DNA from: Acholeplasma laidlawii PG-8A
GTDB taxonomy: Bacteria > Bacillota_I > Bacilli_A > Acholeplasmatales > Acholeplasmataceae
Direction of reading: 5' to 3'
DNA length: 32,000 nucleotides
Assembly (NCBI RefSeq): GCF_000018785.1
Contig: NC_010163.1
Location: forward strand, 690,001-722,000
The notes under the pieces were generated by a model. It was not told the origin of the DNA and made no database searches. It worked only from the letters and a program-made list of their open reading frames with translations. Each line of letters starts with the position of its first letter. Positions within the stretch are counted from its first letter, which is position 1. The position numbers and the translations under genes were made by a program. Of the stretch, positions 9,408 through 19,022 are shown piece by piece.

Positions 9408-10970
9408 TTATGAAATATAATCGTTTATTTTAGCTGAATCTATCTCTAATACTATTGTACCATATGCAGGTAACTCTAAGTTGCCATAAAGTAGTTTTAC
9501 GTAGTCAACATCAACTGTTTTAGTAGTAGAAGTCATATTATGTATCACTAGTACTGTTTGTCCTTCACCTTCAAATTCATAGTGTCTTACATAGCCTTGT
9601 AGAGAAGAGGTATTTTCATTCCAAGCTTTTAAGAAGTTACCATACATTAATCCCGGATTATCTTTTCTTAAGTTCGCTAGTGCTTTATAGTGGTTTAATA
9701 AGGAGTTTGGGTTTTCAAGTTGTGTAGCAACACTAGGCGCACTATTACTTCCATTATAAGGGTTTAACCAAGTAGTAGTTTTAGATGCATCACCCCAAAT
9801 AAATGGTGCTCTTCTATATTGATCATAAACTGTACCTTGTCCAACATCTATACCTTCGTATCTTGTACCTGTCATACCTAATTCTTCACCGTAATAAATG
9901 TGAGGTGAACCAGGTAGTGTTAATGTTACACTTGCTGCTAATTTTAATTTTTCTAATCCCATTGGACCGCTAAATTGACCGAATGATGCAATACGATCTA
10001 AATCGTGATTACTAATAAATATTCCAGGTGCATAATTTGCATTATATGGTCTATAGGTATTGAATGCACGTTCAATATTAGATACAAAGAGTCTAGAGTC
10101 TGTACCATGACCTACTTTACCCCAAATTTCATTTGCTACATAGAAATCAAATAATGAATCTAGACCGATATAGTAATTTTGTACTGCACTGTATTCATAA
10201 TCAAATACTTCACCTAAGAATAAAACACCCGGATCATTTTGTCTTGCATGTGTTTGTAAGCTTCTTAAGAACTCATGTGTTTTAGATGCCATAACAGCAG
10301 GATTTGTGCCCGGATCACCAATAAACAAGTGTTTAGCTGCATCAAATCTAAATCCAGTAATACCTTTATCTTGCCAAAATGTAATAATGTTTTTAACTTC
10401 TTCTACAACTTCTTCATTTTGAAGATTTAAATCTTTCATACCACCCGCAAATGATTCAAAAGCAGTAGAAGGAGTTTGCCAAATATACCAATCTCTATAA
10501 GGAGATGTGGATGCGTTATCTTGAGCATCTACAAACCAAGGGTGTGTATCAGAGGTATGATTTATGACCAAGTCCATCATAACGCGCATTTTGCGTGTTT
10601 TTGCCTCACTTATAAGGTTTTCTAAGTCATCCATCGTGCCATACTCAGTATTGACGTCATAATAGTCTGTAATTCGGTATCCATGATGTGAACCAAAATC
10701 TAGATCAGTTTCATTAAATGGCATCATCCAAATTGCAGTAACACCTAAATCTTCTAAATAATCAAGATTTTGTGTTACACCATTAAAGTCACCAATACCA
10801 TCGCCATCACTATCCGCAAAAGAACGTATAAATATCTCATAATAGATATCATTTCTTGGGTTTTCTGCTCTTAAATCAACTTTGTTATCACCTTCACCAT
10901 TACTTGGTGTACAAGCAATGAGTAGGCCTACCATCGCTAATAAAGTAAATAGACTCAATATTTTTTTCAT
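9408..10970 (-). CDS. Alpha-amylase family glycosyl hydrolase (GH13), lipoprotein
   Basis: 520 aa; lipobox LLIACTPS; motifs MDLVINHTSDTHPWF, GFRFDAAKHLF, FLGEVFD, ISNHDLDR. Confidence 0.9.
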   Translation of the reverse strand: MKKILSLFTLLAMVGLLIACTPSNGEGDNKVDLRAENPRNDIYYEIFIRSFADSDGDGIGDFNGVTQNLDYLEDLGVTAIWMMPFNETDLDFGSHHGYRITDYYDVNTEYGTMDDLENLISEAKTRKMRVMMDLVINHTSDTHPWFVDAQDNASTSPYRDWYIWQTPSTAFESFAGGMKDLNLQNEEVVEEVKNIITFWQDKGITGFRFDAAKHLFIGDPGTNPAVMASKTHEFLRSLQTHARQNDPGVLFLGEVFDYEYSAVQNYYIGLDSLFDFYVANEIWGKVGHGTDSRLFVSNIERAFNTYRPYNANYAPGIFISNHDLDRIASFGQFSGPMGLEKLKLAASVTLTLPGSPHIYYGEELGMTGTRYEGIDVGQGTVYDQYRRAPFIWGDASKTTTWLNPYNGSNSAPSVATQLENPNSLLNHYKALANLRKDNPGLMYGNFLKAWNENTSSLQGYVRHYEFEGEGQTVLVIHNMTSTTKTVDVDYVKLLYGNLELPAYGTIVLEIDSAKINDYIS

Positions 10971-11090
10971 AATTACTTATCCTTTTCAATACATTTTTTC
11001 AAATATAGTTGTTACTTTAAATCTATCACAAAAGTGAATATATATATATAATAACGAATGAATCATTACTATGTAAACGGTTTACTTTTG

Positions 11091-11106
11091 ATAAATAACA
11101 ACAAAA
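11091..11106. promoter_or_regulatory. Operator-like palindrome upstream of the alpha-amylase gene
   Basis: Contains GTAAACGGTTTAC, a 13-nt perfect odd palindrome, about 125 bp upstream of the minus-strand amylase start. Confidence 0.5.
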
Positions 11107-11197
11107 AACTACATAAATAAGTAAAACATTTAGTATAATAAGTATCCCACAAAATACAATTTTCACATTTGTAAAAAAACTAACAGACTTTAAAACT

Positions 11198-11211
11198 TGA
11201 AAACGTTTGCA
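11198..11211 (+). promoter_or_regulatory. cre-like operator upstream of the ABC ATPase gene
   Basis: TGAAAACGTTTGCA, one mismatch to TGWAANCGNTNWCA. Confidence 0.55.
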
Positions 11212-11299
11212 ATTAAGTACTTAACTATGTTACAATAACCATGATAGAAATCTTGCATCTATCTACATTAAATCAAAATATAATTCCTAGGGGGAAAAC

Positions 11300-12538
11300 A
11301 TGGCAACATTACATTTAAAAGACATCAATAAAATCTATCCCAACGGTGTTCAAGCAGTTTTTGACTTTAACTTGAAAATCGAAGATAAAGAATTTATTGT
11401 ATTTGTCGGACCGAGTGGATGCGGTAAATCCACAACCCTCCGTATGATCGCGGGCCTTGAGGACATTAGTTCAGGCGAGTTATACATTGATGAAGAATAC
11501 AAGAACGATACTGCTCCAAAAGACAGAGATATCGCAATGGTTTTCCAAAGTTACGCGTTATATCCACACATGACTGTGTATGATAATATCGCATTTGGTT
11601 TAAAACTGCGTAAAGTTCCTAAAGCTATCATCAAAGAAAAAGTACATGCGGCAGCGGAAATTTTAGGTTTACTACCTTATTTAGATAGAAAACCGAAAGC
11701 TCTATCAGGTGGACAAAGACAACGTGTGGCATTAGGACGTTCAATCGTACGTGATGCTAAAGTATTCTTGATGGATGAGCCTCTATCAAACTTAGACGCG
11801 AAGTTACGTGTTCAAATGCGTGGGGAGTTAATTAAACTTCACAAGCAATTAGATACAACAACTATTTATGTTACCCACGACCAAATTGAAGCTATGACAA
11901 TGGCATCAAGAATCGTCGTTATGAACAAAGGTTATATCATGCAAGTAGGGTCACCTAAAGAAATTTATGACAGACCATCAAGCATTTTCGTAGCTGGCTT
12001 CATTGGAACACCTCCAATGAACTTCATTAACGGTAAAGTAAATGAAAAAGGTGTATTTGAAGCTGGTAAATTCAGAATTCAATTACCTAATGATAAACTA
12101 GAAATAGTTACTCAAAATAAATATATCGGAAAACCAATCGTTTTAGGTATCCGTGCTGAAGATATTCATGATGATGAATTAGTTATGAAAGCACATCCAA
12201 ACGGTGTATTAGATGTTGAAGTTGACGTTGCTGAGTTACTAGGTGCTGAAACAAACATCTACATGGATATTAATGGATCAAATGTCATCGCTAAAGTTGA
12301 CGCTAGAACCAACATTAGTATTGGTGATAAGATTCAAGTAGCATTTGACTTAAACAAAATTCATTTCTTTGATCCTGAAACTGAGTTAAGACTAGAACTT
12401 GATCCAAACGTGAAAACACATGCTAGATTAGCTGTTGAAGCTGCTAAAGCTGCGGGTCATGACTTACCAACAACTAAAAAAGATGAAGTTGTTGAAGAAA
12501 TCAAACCAGTATCAGAAGAAAAAGCATCTAAAAAATAA
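11300..12538 (+). CDS. msmX: Sugar ABC transporter ATP-binding protein, MsmX/UgpC/MalK family
   Basis: 412 aa; Walker A GPSGCGKST, signature LSGGQRQR, Walker B VFLMDEPLSNLD, C-terminal TOBE-type region; SD AGGGGG before ATG. Confidence 0.92.
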   Translation: MATLHLKDINKIYPNGVQAVFDFNLKIEDKEFIVFVGPSGCGKSTTLRMIAGLEDISSGELYIDEEYKNDTAPKDRDIAMVFQSYALYPHMTVYDNIAFGLKLRKVPKAIIKEKVHAAAEILGLLPYLDRKPKALSGGQRQRVALGRSIVRDAKVFLMDEPLSNLDAKLRVQMRGELIKLHKQLDTTTIYVTHDQIEAMTMASRIVVMNKGYIMQVGSPKEIYDRPSSIFVAGFIGTPPMNFINGKVNEKGVFEAGKFRIQLPNDKLEIVTQNKYIGKPIVLGIRAEDIHDDELVMKAHPNGVLDVEVDVAELLGAETNIYMDINGSNVIAKVDARTNISIGDKIQVAFDLNKIHFFDPETELRLELDPNVKTHARLAVEAAKAAGHDLPTTKKDEVVEEIKPVSEEKASKK

Positions 12539-12544
12539 GTTCAG

Positions 12545-12709
12545 ATGAAAACTAAAGATCAAAAAATTGTTATTGATAGGCGAGATTTAAAAGTTAGAGA
12601 TAAATATTTTATTGAAAACAAACTCAAATATAAGATGACAATTGTTGAATCTAAGAAAAAATATAATCGTAAAAGATTAAAGAAAACTATAAATACAGAA
12701 GAAATCTAG
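12545..12709 (+). CDS. Small basic ORF, 54 aa, hypothetical (not in ORF track)
   Basis: MKTKDQKIVIDRRDLKVRDKYFIENKLKYKMTIVESKKKYNRKRLKKTINTEEI*; 6 nt after the msmX stop, and its 3' end forms the stem of the operon terminator. No strong SD. Confidence 0.4.
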   Translation: MKTKDQKIVIDRRDLKVRDKYFIENKLKYKMTIVESKKKYNRKRLKKTINTEEI

Positions 12710-12734
12710 CAAGAAGGTTTCTTCTGTTTTTTTA
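12695..12734 (+). terminator. Rho-independent terminator
   Basis: ACAGAAGAAA / TTTCTTCTGT perfect inverted repeat followed by a T run. Confidence 0.75.
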
Positions 12735-12767
12735 CCAACAATAAAATAAATAAAGAGGAGAAGTGCG

Positions 12768-13280
12768 ATGAGTTTATATGATATTGAAGTTACAAGAGCA
12801 GACGGTTCTAAAGAAATGATGTCAAAATATCAAGGTAAAGTCTTATTGATTGTAAATACTGCTACAAAATGTGGTTATACAAAACAATATGAAGGTTTGC
12901 AAGAAATCTATGACAACTATAAAGATAAGGGTTTTGAAATCCTTGATTTTCCATGTAACCAATTTTTAGCACAAGCACCGGGTTCCATCAAAAAAATCAA
13001 TGAATTCTGTCAAATTAATTTCGGAACAACATTTACACTATTTGATAAAGTGAAAGTGAATTCTAAAAATGCACATCCACTTTATAAATACTTAAAAGAT
13101 AACGGTCCTGAAGAAGTTGTCGTATCACATGATGCATTAGTACCCTCAGGTAAACCAAAAGATAAAATTAGTTGGAATTTTACTAAATTTTTAATTAGTA
13201 AAGAAGGTGAGATATTGTACCGTTTTTCACCGAAAGTTACGCCTGAAGAGTTACTACCTTATCTACAAAAAACACTGTAA
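12768..13280 (+). CDS. Glutathione peroxidase family protein (Cys-type)
   Basis: KVLLIVNTATKCGYTKQYEGLQ, DFPCNQF, WNFTKFL motifs; SD GAGGAG. Confidence 0.92.
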   Translation: MSLYDIEVTRADGSKEMMSKYQGKVLLIVNTATKCGYTKQYEGLQEIYDNYKDKGFEILDFPCNQFLAQAPGSIKKINEFCQINFGTTFTLFDKVKVNSKNAHPLYKYLKDNGPEEVVVSHDALVPSGKPKDKISWNFTKFLISKEGEILYRFSPKVTPEELLPYLQKTL

Positions 13281-13306
13281 TAACTGTGTGTAGATTATGA
13301 TAATCA

Positions 13307-13335
13307 TTGACTTTCAGGGCTATTTTTGATATGAT
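13307..13335 (+). promoter_or_regulatory. Sigma-A-type promoter for leader peptide / CorC-like gene
   Basis: TTGACT (13307-13312), 17-nt spacer, TATGAT (13330-13335). Confidence 0.55.
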
Positions 13336-13379
13336 TATATCGTTATTAAAATGTAATAACACGGAGGAAGTACATAAAT

Positions 13380-13448
13380 ATGGAAGATTCAAGTAGCGGG
13401 CAGAGGACAACATTAAGTGATGACCCACACGAGGGGGTAACCTTCTAA
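13380..13448 (+). CDS. Putative 22-aa leader peptide, translationally coupled to the downstream CorC/CNNM gene
   Basis: ATG...TAA encodes MEDSSSGQRTTLSDDPHEGVTF; GGAGG upstream; its stop overlaps the start of the next gene (TAATG); its 3' end contains the GAGGGGG SD for that gene. Confidence 0.55.
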   Translation: MEDSSSGQRTTLSDDPHEGVTF

Positions 13449-14797
13449 TGGGATTACAAATATTCTTAATTGTATTTTTTATTGTCTTAAACGGTATATT
13501 TGCAGCTAGTGAAATTGCACTAGTATCTGCAAATAGAAGAGAGATTCAAGAAGATGCTGATGCAGGTGGTAAGAAAGCTAAAAAAGCTAAACGAGTGTTA
13601 AAACTCATTGAGAATCCAACAAGATTCTTGTCTACTATTCAAATCGGTATTACGATGTTTGGTTTTATTAATGGGGTGATTGCAGCGGATGCATTCTCTA
13701 ATCTCATCTCAGACCAAATTGCAAATTGGACAGGGTTTGATACATTAATTATCATTCCAGTTGTCACATTTATAATCACACTGATCTTAACTTATTTCCA
13801 AGTTATCTTTGGAGAGTTAGTACCTAAACGTATTGCTATGAAGTCACCTGAACGTGTTTCATATATATTTATTGGGTTTTTAAGTGCGATTGCAGTCATA
13901 ATGAAGCCATTTGTTGTATTATTAACGTCTTCAGCAAATCTGATCATTCGTTTATTTGGCATAAACCCGCAAGATGATGATGACACATTATCCGAAGAGG
14001 AACTCATCTTAGAACTAAATGCCTCAGAGTCTAAAGGGTTCATTGACAGTTCAGAAAATGAAATGATTCAAAATATATTTGAATTTGATTCAACAACTGT
14101 TGAAGAAGTCATGACCCACAGAACTGAAGTTTCAGCAATCAATGTAAATTCTACAAGAGACGAACTTGTAAAATTCGTAACAAACGAAAAATACACAAGA
14201 TTTCCAGTATATGAGGAAACCTTAGATAAAATCGTTGGTACACTTCATGTTAAAGATTTATTAAAATATCTATCAGAACATGAAGATAAAAACGAATTTG
14301 ATATTCATGAAATATTAAGAGATCCACTCTTTGTACCTCAATCTAAAAATACAAGAGCGTTATTTAGAGAAATGAAATTAACTAAAACGCATATTGCAAT
14401 TGTAATTGATGAGTACGGTGGAACTGCTGGTATTATCACCTTTGAAGACTTAATTGAAGAGATATTAGGTAATATTTCTGATGAGTATGATGAGGATGAA
14501 GAAGAAATTCAAGCAATCAGTGAAGACAGATATGAAATCGATGGTTTAATTGATTTAGATGATGTCGAAGATTTAATACATGCTGGTTTACCAATAGAGG
14601 ATTATGACACTTTATCAGGGTTTTTACTTGGCCAATTAGGTCGATTCCCGGAAGCTGATGAATCCATAGTTGTAGTATACGGACATTATAGATTCGAAGT
14701 TCTATCTTATGAAGATAAAATCATTGAACGTGTTTTGGTTACACGTATCGAAGAAGAACCAATTGAAGAAGTAATGAATGAAACGGATGCAATGTAA
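13448..14797 (+). CDS. CorC/CNNM (DUF21 + CBS pair + CorC_HlyC) membrane protein, hemolysin-C-like, putative Mg/Co transporter
   Basis: 449 aa; GIFAASEIALVSANRREIQEDADAGGKKAKK, GELVPKRIAMKSPERVS, RTEVSAINV, AIVIDEYGGTAGIITFEDLIEEILGNISDEYD. Confidence 0.9.
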   Translation: MGLQIFLIVFFIVLNGIFAASEIALVSANRREIQEDADAGGKKAKKAKRVLKLIENPTRFLSTIQIGITMFGFINGVIAADAFSNLISDQIANWTGFDTLIIIPVVTFIITLILTYFQVIFGELVPKRIAMKSPERVSYIFIGFLSAIAVIMKPFVVLLTSSANLIIRLFGINPQDDDDTLSEEELILELNASESKGFIDSSENEMIQNIFEFDSTTVEEVMTHRTEVSAINVNSTRDELVKFVTNEKYTRFPVYEETLDKIVGTLHVKDLLKYLSEHEDKNEFDIHEILRDPLFVPQSKNTRALFREMKLTKTHIAIVIDEYGGTAGIITFEDLIEEILGNISDEYDEDEEEIQAISEDRYEIDGLIDLDDVEDLIHAGLPIEDYDTLSGFLLGQLGRFPEADESIVVVYGHYRFEVLSYEDKIIERVLVTRIEEEPIEEVMNETDAM

Positions 14798-14815
14798 TTT
14801 GCATCCGTTTTTCTT
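14781..14815 (+). terminator. Rho-independent terminator overlapping the stop codon of the CorC-like gene
   Basis: AAACGGATGCAA / TTGCATCCGTTT perfect 12-bp inverted repeat followed by a T-rich tract; TAA lies in the loop region. Confidence 0.8.
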
Positions 14816-14863
14816 TTAATGTTTTTTAAAATATACCTAAACTCAATGACAAAGTCATAAAAA

Positions 14864-14887
14864 AAGGTATCCATTAATGGATACCTT
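14864..14887 (-). terminator. Terminator of the minus-strand lipoprotein gene
   Basis: AAGGTATCCATTAATGGATACCTT, 24-nt perfect palindrome with A tract on its left (U tract on the minus strand). Confidence 0.75.
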
Positions 14888-14901
14888 ATTTAATATAAAA
14901 C

Positions 14902-15867
14902 TTATTTAGCTGGAACTAATTTCCATAAATCAAAGAAGTCAGTAGCTGTAATTGTTACACCAGCAACACCTTCGAAATCACCATCAGTATTTGTTTCTGG
15001 GAATGATTGGTTTTCTACTAAGTAAGCAGCAGCAGCATAAGCTTGAGCGTCATAATCTTTTTTAATTGGAGAAGCACCAGTCATACCATATGATGTACCT
15101 AATTGGTTTTTAGTCTTTAATAGTTTAGGTGTAGCAGAAGTATAATCAGCCATTAATGAAATGCTTGGTGTTTCTGGATTTTCATCATGGTCAATTTTTG
15201 TTACAAATCCTGCAGCATTTACAACAGCTTTGTAACCATAGAAAACGTTGTTGAAGTATGCTAATACGATACGACCATTAACTACTACAAATGAACCGAA
15301 TGTGTAAGCATCCCATGTACCTGTACTTACAACTTCTTCCTTAATAGGATCCCAGTATTGAACTGCAGCATGTTCTTCAGCATTAGCTTTTAGAGTTTGG
15401 AAATGGTAACCATCTTTGTAATCACCTTTTTCAACTGGTTCGCTTGCTAAAGCGATTTCTGCTAGAGCATAGAATTCTGAAGTAGTAATTGAGACACCTG
15501 CTGGAGCTGGTAATTGATCATTTACATCGCCTTTTGAGTCGATGAATTTTTCAATAACTAGGTCAGCTTGTTCATGCCACCATAAATCTGAATTCATATT
15601 ATAGATACCTGCTTTTGAAGCAGCAACTTTATCCATACCTTTGTATGTGTTGTTAGCATCCCCTTCGATGTTGAATGCATTCCATTCAGCACCTACAACT
15701 TTGTCACCTTTTTTCTCGATGACAACCCAATATACCCAAGATGAAGTGTCAGTTGGTGTTTGACTTGCAAAATAAAATTTGCTTTCAGATGGGCCACAAG
15801 CAGTTAAAGCAACTGCCATGATTAAAAATAATATAACGAAAAATCCTTTTTTCATGTTTTCCTCCAT
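14902..15867 (-). CDS. Lipoprotein with FMN-bind-like repeats
   Basis: Lipobox LTACGPS; two related segments ending in AGVSITTSEFYALAEIAL and AGVTITATDFFDLWKL; AYAAAAYLVENQ between them. Confidence 0.5.
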   Translation of the reverse strand: MEENMKKGFFVILFLIMAVALTACGPSESKFYFASQTPTDTSSWVYWVVIEKKGDKVVGAEWNAFNIEGDANNTYKGMDKVAASKAGIYNMNSDLWWHEQADLVIEKFIDSKGDVNDQLPAPAGVSITTSEFYALAEIALASEPVEKGDYKDGYHFQTLKANAEEHAAVQYWDPIKEEVVSTGTWDAYTFGSFVVVNGRIVLAYFNNVFYGYKAVVNAAGFVTKIDHDENPETPSISLMADYTSATPKLLKTKNQLGTSYGMTGASPIKKDYDAQAYAAAAYLVENQSFPETNTDGDFEGVAGVTITATDFFDLWKLVPAK

Positions 15868-16141
15868 TTAATTTTATAAGATATCGTTTGTTCGTCTATT
15901 ATTATAATTTATTAAAATATATAAGTCAAAGAAAGTTATAAAAGAAAATGACATTTGTGTGAAAGTTATTACATTATCTTTCAGGATACCTTTCATTGCA
16001 TTTTTATTACAATATCATTTGACAAAACCTTATGAATGATTATTCACTATTTTACAGTAAAAATTAGTAGGGTGATATTATAGTAACGCGGTTTAAAATT
16101 TGTTATAATTGACTTGTAATAGAAAAATAAAAGGAGTTTTT

Positions 16142-18145
16142 ATGGATATAAGTGCGTTAATAGATATGATCGTATCTATATCAAATAACATTTTGATTTT
16201 ACTATCCATAGTCTTTTTATACACGCTTTCTAACTATGAACTTTATAAGCATAAACGCATTAAACAAGTAGTAACCGGTATTGTTGTCGGATTTTTGACT
16301 TTATTTTTAATGACCAATCCAATGGTATTTGAAGAAGGTATTGTTTTTGATACAAGAACCATACTTATACCAATATCCGGTGTATTCTTTGGGCCGATTA
16401 CTACAATCATAGCGAGTATCATTGCCATTGCTTACAGAGTTAATTTAGGTGGAGTTGGTATGATGGTGGGTATATCAACAATCGTCATTAGTGCAGTGAT
16501 TGGTATTTTGTGGCGTTATATATTCAGACGTCATAAATTTAAAAACAAATATTTAGAGTATTATATTTTAGGCTTTACATCGAATGCTCTTGTATTTCTG
16601 CTCATGTTCTTTTTACCAGACAGTTTAAATGTCATTAGACAAGTATTTCCGATTTATCTTATCCTCTTTCCGGTTGTTACGATGTTAACTGGTGTAGTCA
16701 TTAAACAGCAACAGTTTAGAATACAAGCAAGCAACCTTGAAAAAGCTCAAATGCTATTACTTCAAAGTTCTATAGATGCTTCACACAACGTGGAAATATA
16801 TGTAGTGGATAGTGCCTACAATTATCTGACCTTTAATATTTTTCATAAGAATCAAATAAAAGCATATTTTAATGTAGAAATTGATGTAGGGTTTAATGTA
16901 CTATCCTTATTAAAGGATGATAATAGAAGAACACGTATTAAAACATCAATTGATAGTGCTTTAAAGGGTGAAATAATTCATGATGTCATATATACTACAT
17001 TACCTGGTAATAAAATTATAGAGGAACGTTTTACACCACTTCGACGTGGACATGATATTTTAGGGGTAACAGTTTTCATCAGAGATATTACTGAACAACG
17101 TCTACATGAAGACTCTATTATGAGATTAAGTTATTATGATGGCCTTACAGGGTTACCAAATAGAAGATATTTTCAAGAAAAATTAGTAGAAGTTAATGAT
17201 AATCAATACTGTCCTGTATCAATCATTACATGTGATATCAATGGCTTGAAACTCTTTAATGACGCATTGGGACATAAAATGGGAGATTTGGTACTTGTTA
17301 AAGTAGCAGAAATTCTTACCAGACACTTATTACCAAATGGTACAGTTAGCCGTATAGGTGGCGATGAATTTATATTTATTCTACCAAACACGGATTATGA
17401 TACAGCCCTTAAGATGATGGAAAAAGTCGATAATGAATTTGATAAACATCTATTTAATGGTTTAAAACTCTCAGTTTCTTATGGGATTGCGACTAAATTA
17501 GAAGGTGATCATATCGATGATGTTCTAAAACAAAGTGAAGTACAAATGCATAAGAGTAAACTCTTTGAAAAAGCATCTCACCGCAGTGAATTTATTAAAT
17601 CTATCTTAAATACCTTGAGAGAAAAAAATCCTCGAGAAAAGGATCATTCTACTAGGGTAGCTACCATCTGTACAGAAATTGGTAAATTCCTAGGTATGAA
17701 AAAACATGATCTAAATTTACTCGAGGCGATCGCATCACTTCATGATATTGGAAAGATTGCTATTGATGAAGCCATCTTGAATAAACCAGGCAAACTAACA
17801 CCTAAAGAATGGGAAGCAATTAAAAAGCACCCTGAAATTGGTTATAGAATTATTTCTACTGCCCCTGAATATGCAGAAATTGCAGAGGATATATTATCCC
17901 ACCATGAACATTTTAATGGTCAAGGCTATCCAAGAGGGTTAAGCGGTGAAGATATTCCTATTAGAGCTAGAATAGTTTCGATTGCTGATGCTTATGATGC
18001 TATGGTATCTAGGCGAACTTATAAAGAGCCTATGACACACGAACAAGCAATTTTAGAAATTAAACGCTGTTCAGGTACTCAGTTTGATCCTAATTTAGTG
18101 AATATATTTGTTGATTTAATTGAGAATGGCGTATTATACCTATAA
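16142..18145 (+). CDS. Membrane c-di-GMP turnover protein: 5TMR-LYT-like sensor, PAS, GGDEF, HD-GYP
   Basis: Intact GGDEF (SRIGGDEFIFIL); HD-GYP motifs LHDIGKIAIDEAIL, HPEIGYRI, HHEHFNGQGYPRGLSG. Track ORF starts at 16109; SD AAAGGAG before ATG 16142 suggests this start. Confidence 0.9.
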   Translation: MDISALIDMIVSISNNILILLSIVFLYTLSNYELYKHKRIKQVVTGIVVGFLTLFLMTNPMVFEEGIVFDTRTILIPISGVFFGPITTIIASIIAIAYRVNLGGVGMMVGISTIVISAVIGILWRYIFRRHKFKNKYLEYYILGFTSNALVFLLMFFLPDSLNVIRQVFPIYLILFPVVTMLTGVVIKQQQFRIQASNLEKAQMLLLQSSIDASHNVEIYVVDSAYNYLTFNIFHKNQIKAYFNVEIDVGFNVLSLLKDDNRRTRIKTSIDSALKGEIIHDVIYTTLPGNKIIEERFTPLRRGHDILGVTVFIRDITEQRLHEDSIMRLSYYDGLTGLPNRRYFQEKLVEVNDNQYCPVSIITCDINGLKLFNDALGHKMGDLVLVKVAEILTRHLLPNGTVSRIGGDEFIFILPNTDYDTALKMMEKVDNEFDKHLFNGLKLSVSYGIATKLEGDHIDDVLKQSEVQMHKSKLFEKASHRSEFIKSILNTLREKNPREKDHSTRVATICTEIGKFLGMKKHDLNLLEAIASLHDIGKIAIDEAILNKPGKLTPKEWEAIKKHPEIGYRIISTAPEYAEIAEDILSHHEHFNGQGYPRGLSGEDIPIRARIVSIADAYDAMVSRRTYKEPMTHEQAILEIKRCSGTQFDPNLVNIFVDLIENGVLYL

Positions 18146-18147
18146 TT

Positions 18148-18194
18148 AAAAAGGGTACACATGGATAGTAAATATCTTAATCTGTACCCTTTTT
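18148..18194. terminator. Bidirectional terminator-like hairpin
   Basis: AAAAAGGGTACA (18148-18159) / TGTACCCTTTTT (18183-18194), 12-bp perfect inverted repeat. Confidence 0.7.
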
Positions 18195-18212
18195 ATGTTT
18201 GTAACCTCGTAG

Positions 18213-19022
18213 TTAACGTTTAAACCAATAGCCTATAGATCTTCCACCGCCACCAGAGATGCCTCTGCGACTAGAAAAGAAAAATATAGGTAAAAATCTA
18301 TAGATAGAAGCGCCTGATAAAATAATAATTGAAAAAATTATCCAAAACCAATAACTAGAAAACCAACCTTCATAGAACTCATATTTTGGAATAGCGGCTA
18401 TATAATCATATTGAACCTCGTAATATGCATCCATGTAAGAAGTATGGTTATAAGAAGTATAGTCATAGATATTTAAATATATATAGGATAAGACACCATG
18501 AAATAAACTTATAATTCTTGCATCATAATCATATGCAGGTATTAAAGGATCATTAAAATAATCAGTAATCAATTGATTAGCACTAAATGCGGATAGGTAT
18601 CCGCTCATAGTAGTTCCTATTTCAAATAGTATATTTTCATAATTAATAGTATCACCCTCTTTTGAAAACAATACAGTAATAAGAATACCCATATCATTTT
18701 CACCGATGCCCCAATTATTAAAGATTTCAGTTGTATTATAGGTTGATTCATCACCTATATATGCTACAACTACAACCTGAGCACCTTGAATATTAGAAGG
18801 TATATCATCTGCCTTAGAATCAAGGTATAGTTCATTGGCATAGTTAAAAATAGTCCAACTGGTGGCGTTTAAGAGTATGTGATCCTGATCATGAATGTAA
18901 AACAGTTTAGAAGGTTCTAAAGAAGTGTTTTTATTGCTTGTACAAGCACTTAGAGTCAAAATAAATAGTAGAATCATCCAAACTATATAAAGTCGTTTAT
19001 GATTCATAGTTTGATAAATCAA
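18213..19022 (-). CDS. TPM-domain (YgcG-like) lipoprotein/membrane protein
   Basis: Lipobox LSACTS; DHILLNATSWTIFNYANELY; GIGENDMGILITVLFS; C-terminal TM and glycine-rich SGGGGRS tail. Confidence 0.65.
   Translation of the reverse strand: MIYQTMNHKRLYIVWMILLFILTLSACTSNKNTSLEPSKLFYIHDQDHILLNATSWTIFNYANELYLDSKADDIPSNIQGAQVVVVAYIGDESTYNTTEIFNNWGIGENDMGILITVLFSKEGDTINYENILFEIGTTMSGYLSAFSANQLITDYFNDPLIPAYDYDARIISLFHGVLSYIYLNIYDYTSYNHTSYMDAYYEVQYDYIAAIPKYEFYEGWFSSYWFWIIFSIIILSGASIYRFLPIFFFSSRRGISGGGGRSIGYWFKR

Noticed and set aside
13336-13447. A known metal riboswitch (M-box or yybP-ykoY) upstream of the CorC-like gene.
   Set aside because: The leader is only ~110 nt and I cannot place the conserved cores of either class; the coupled peptide explains the sequence better. 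An Infernal/Rfam search would be decisive.
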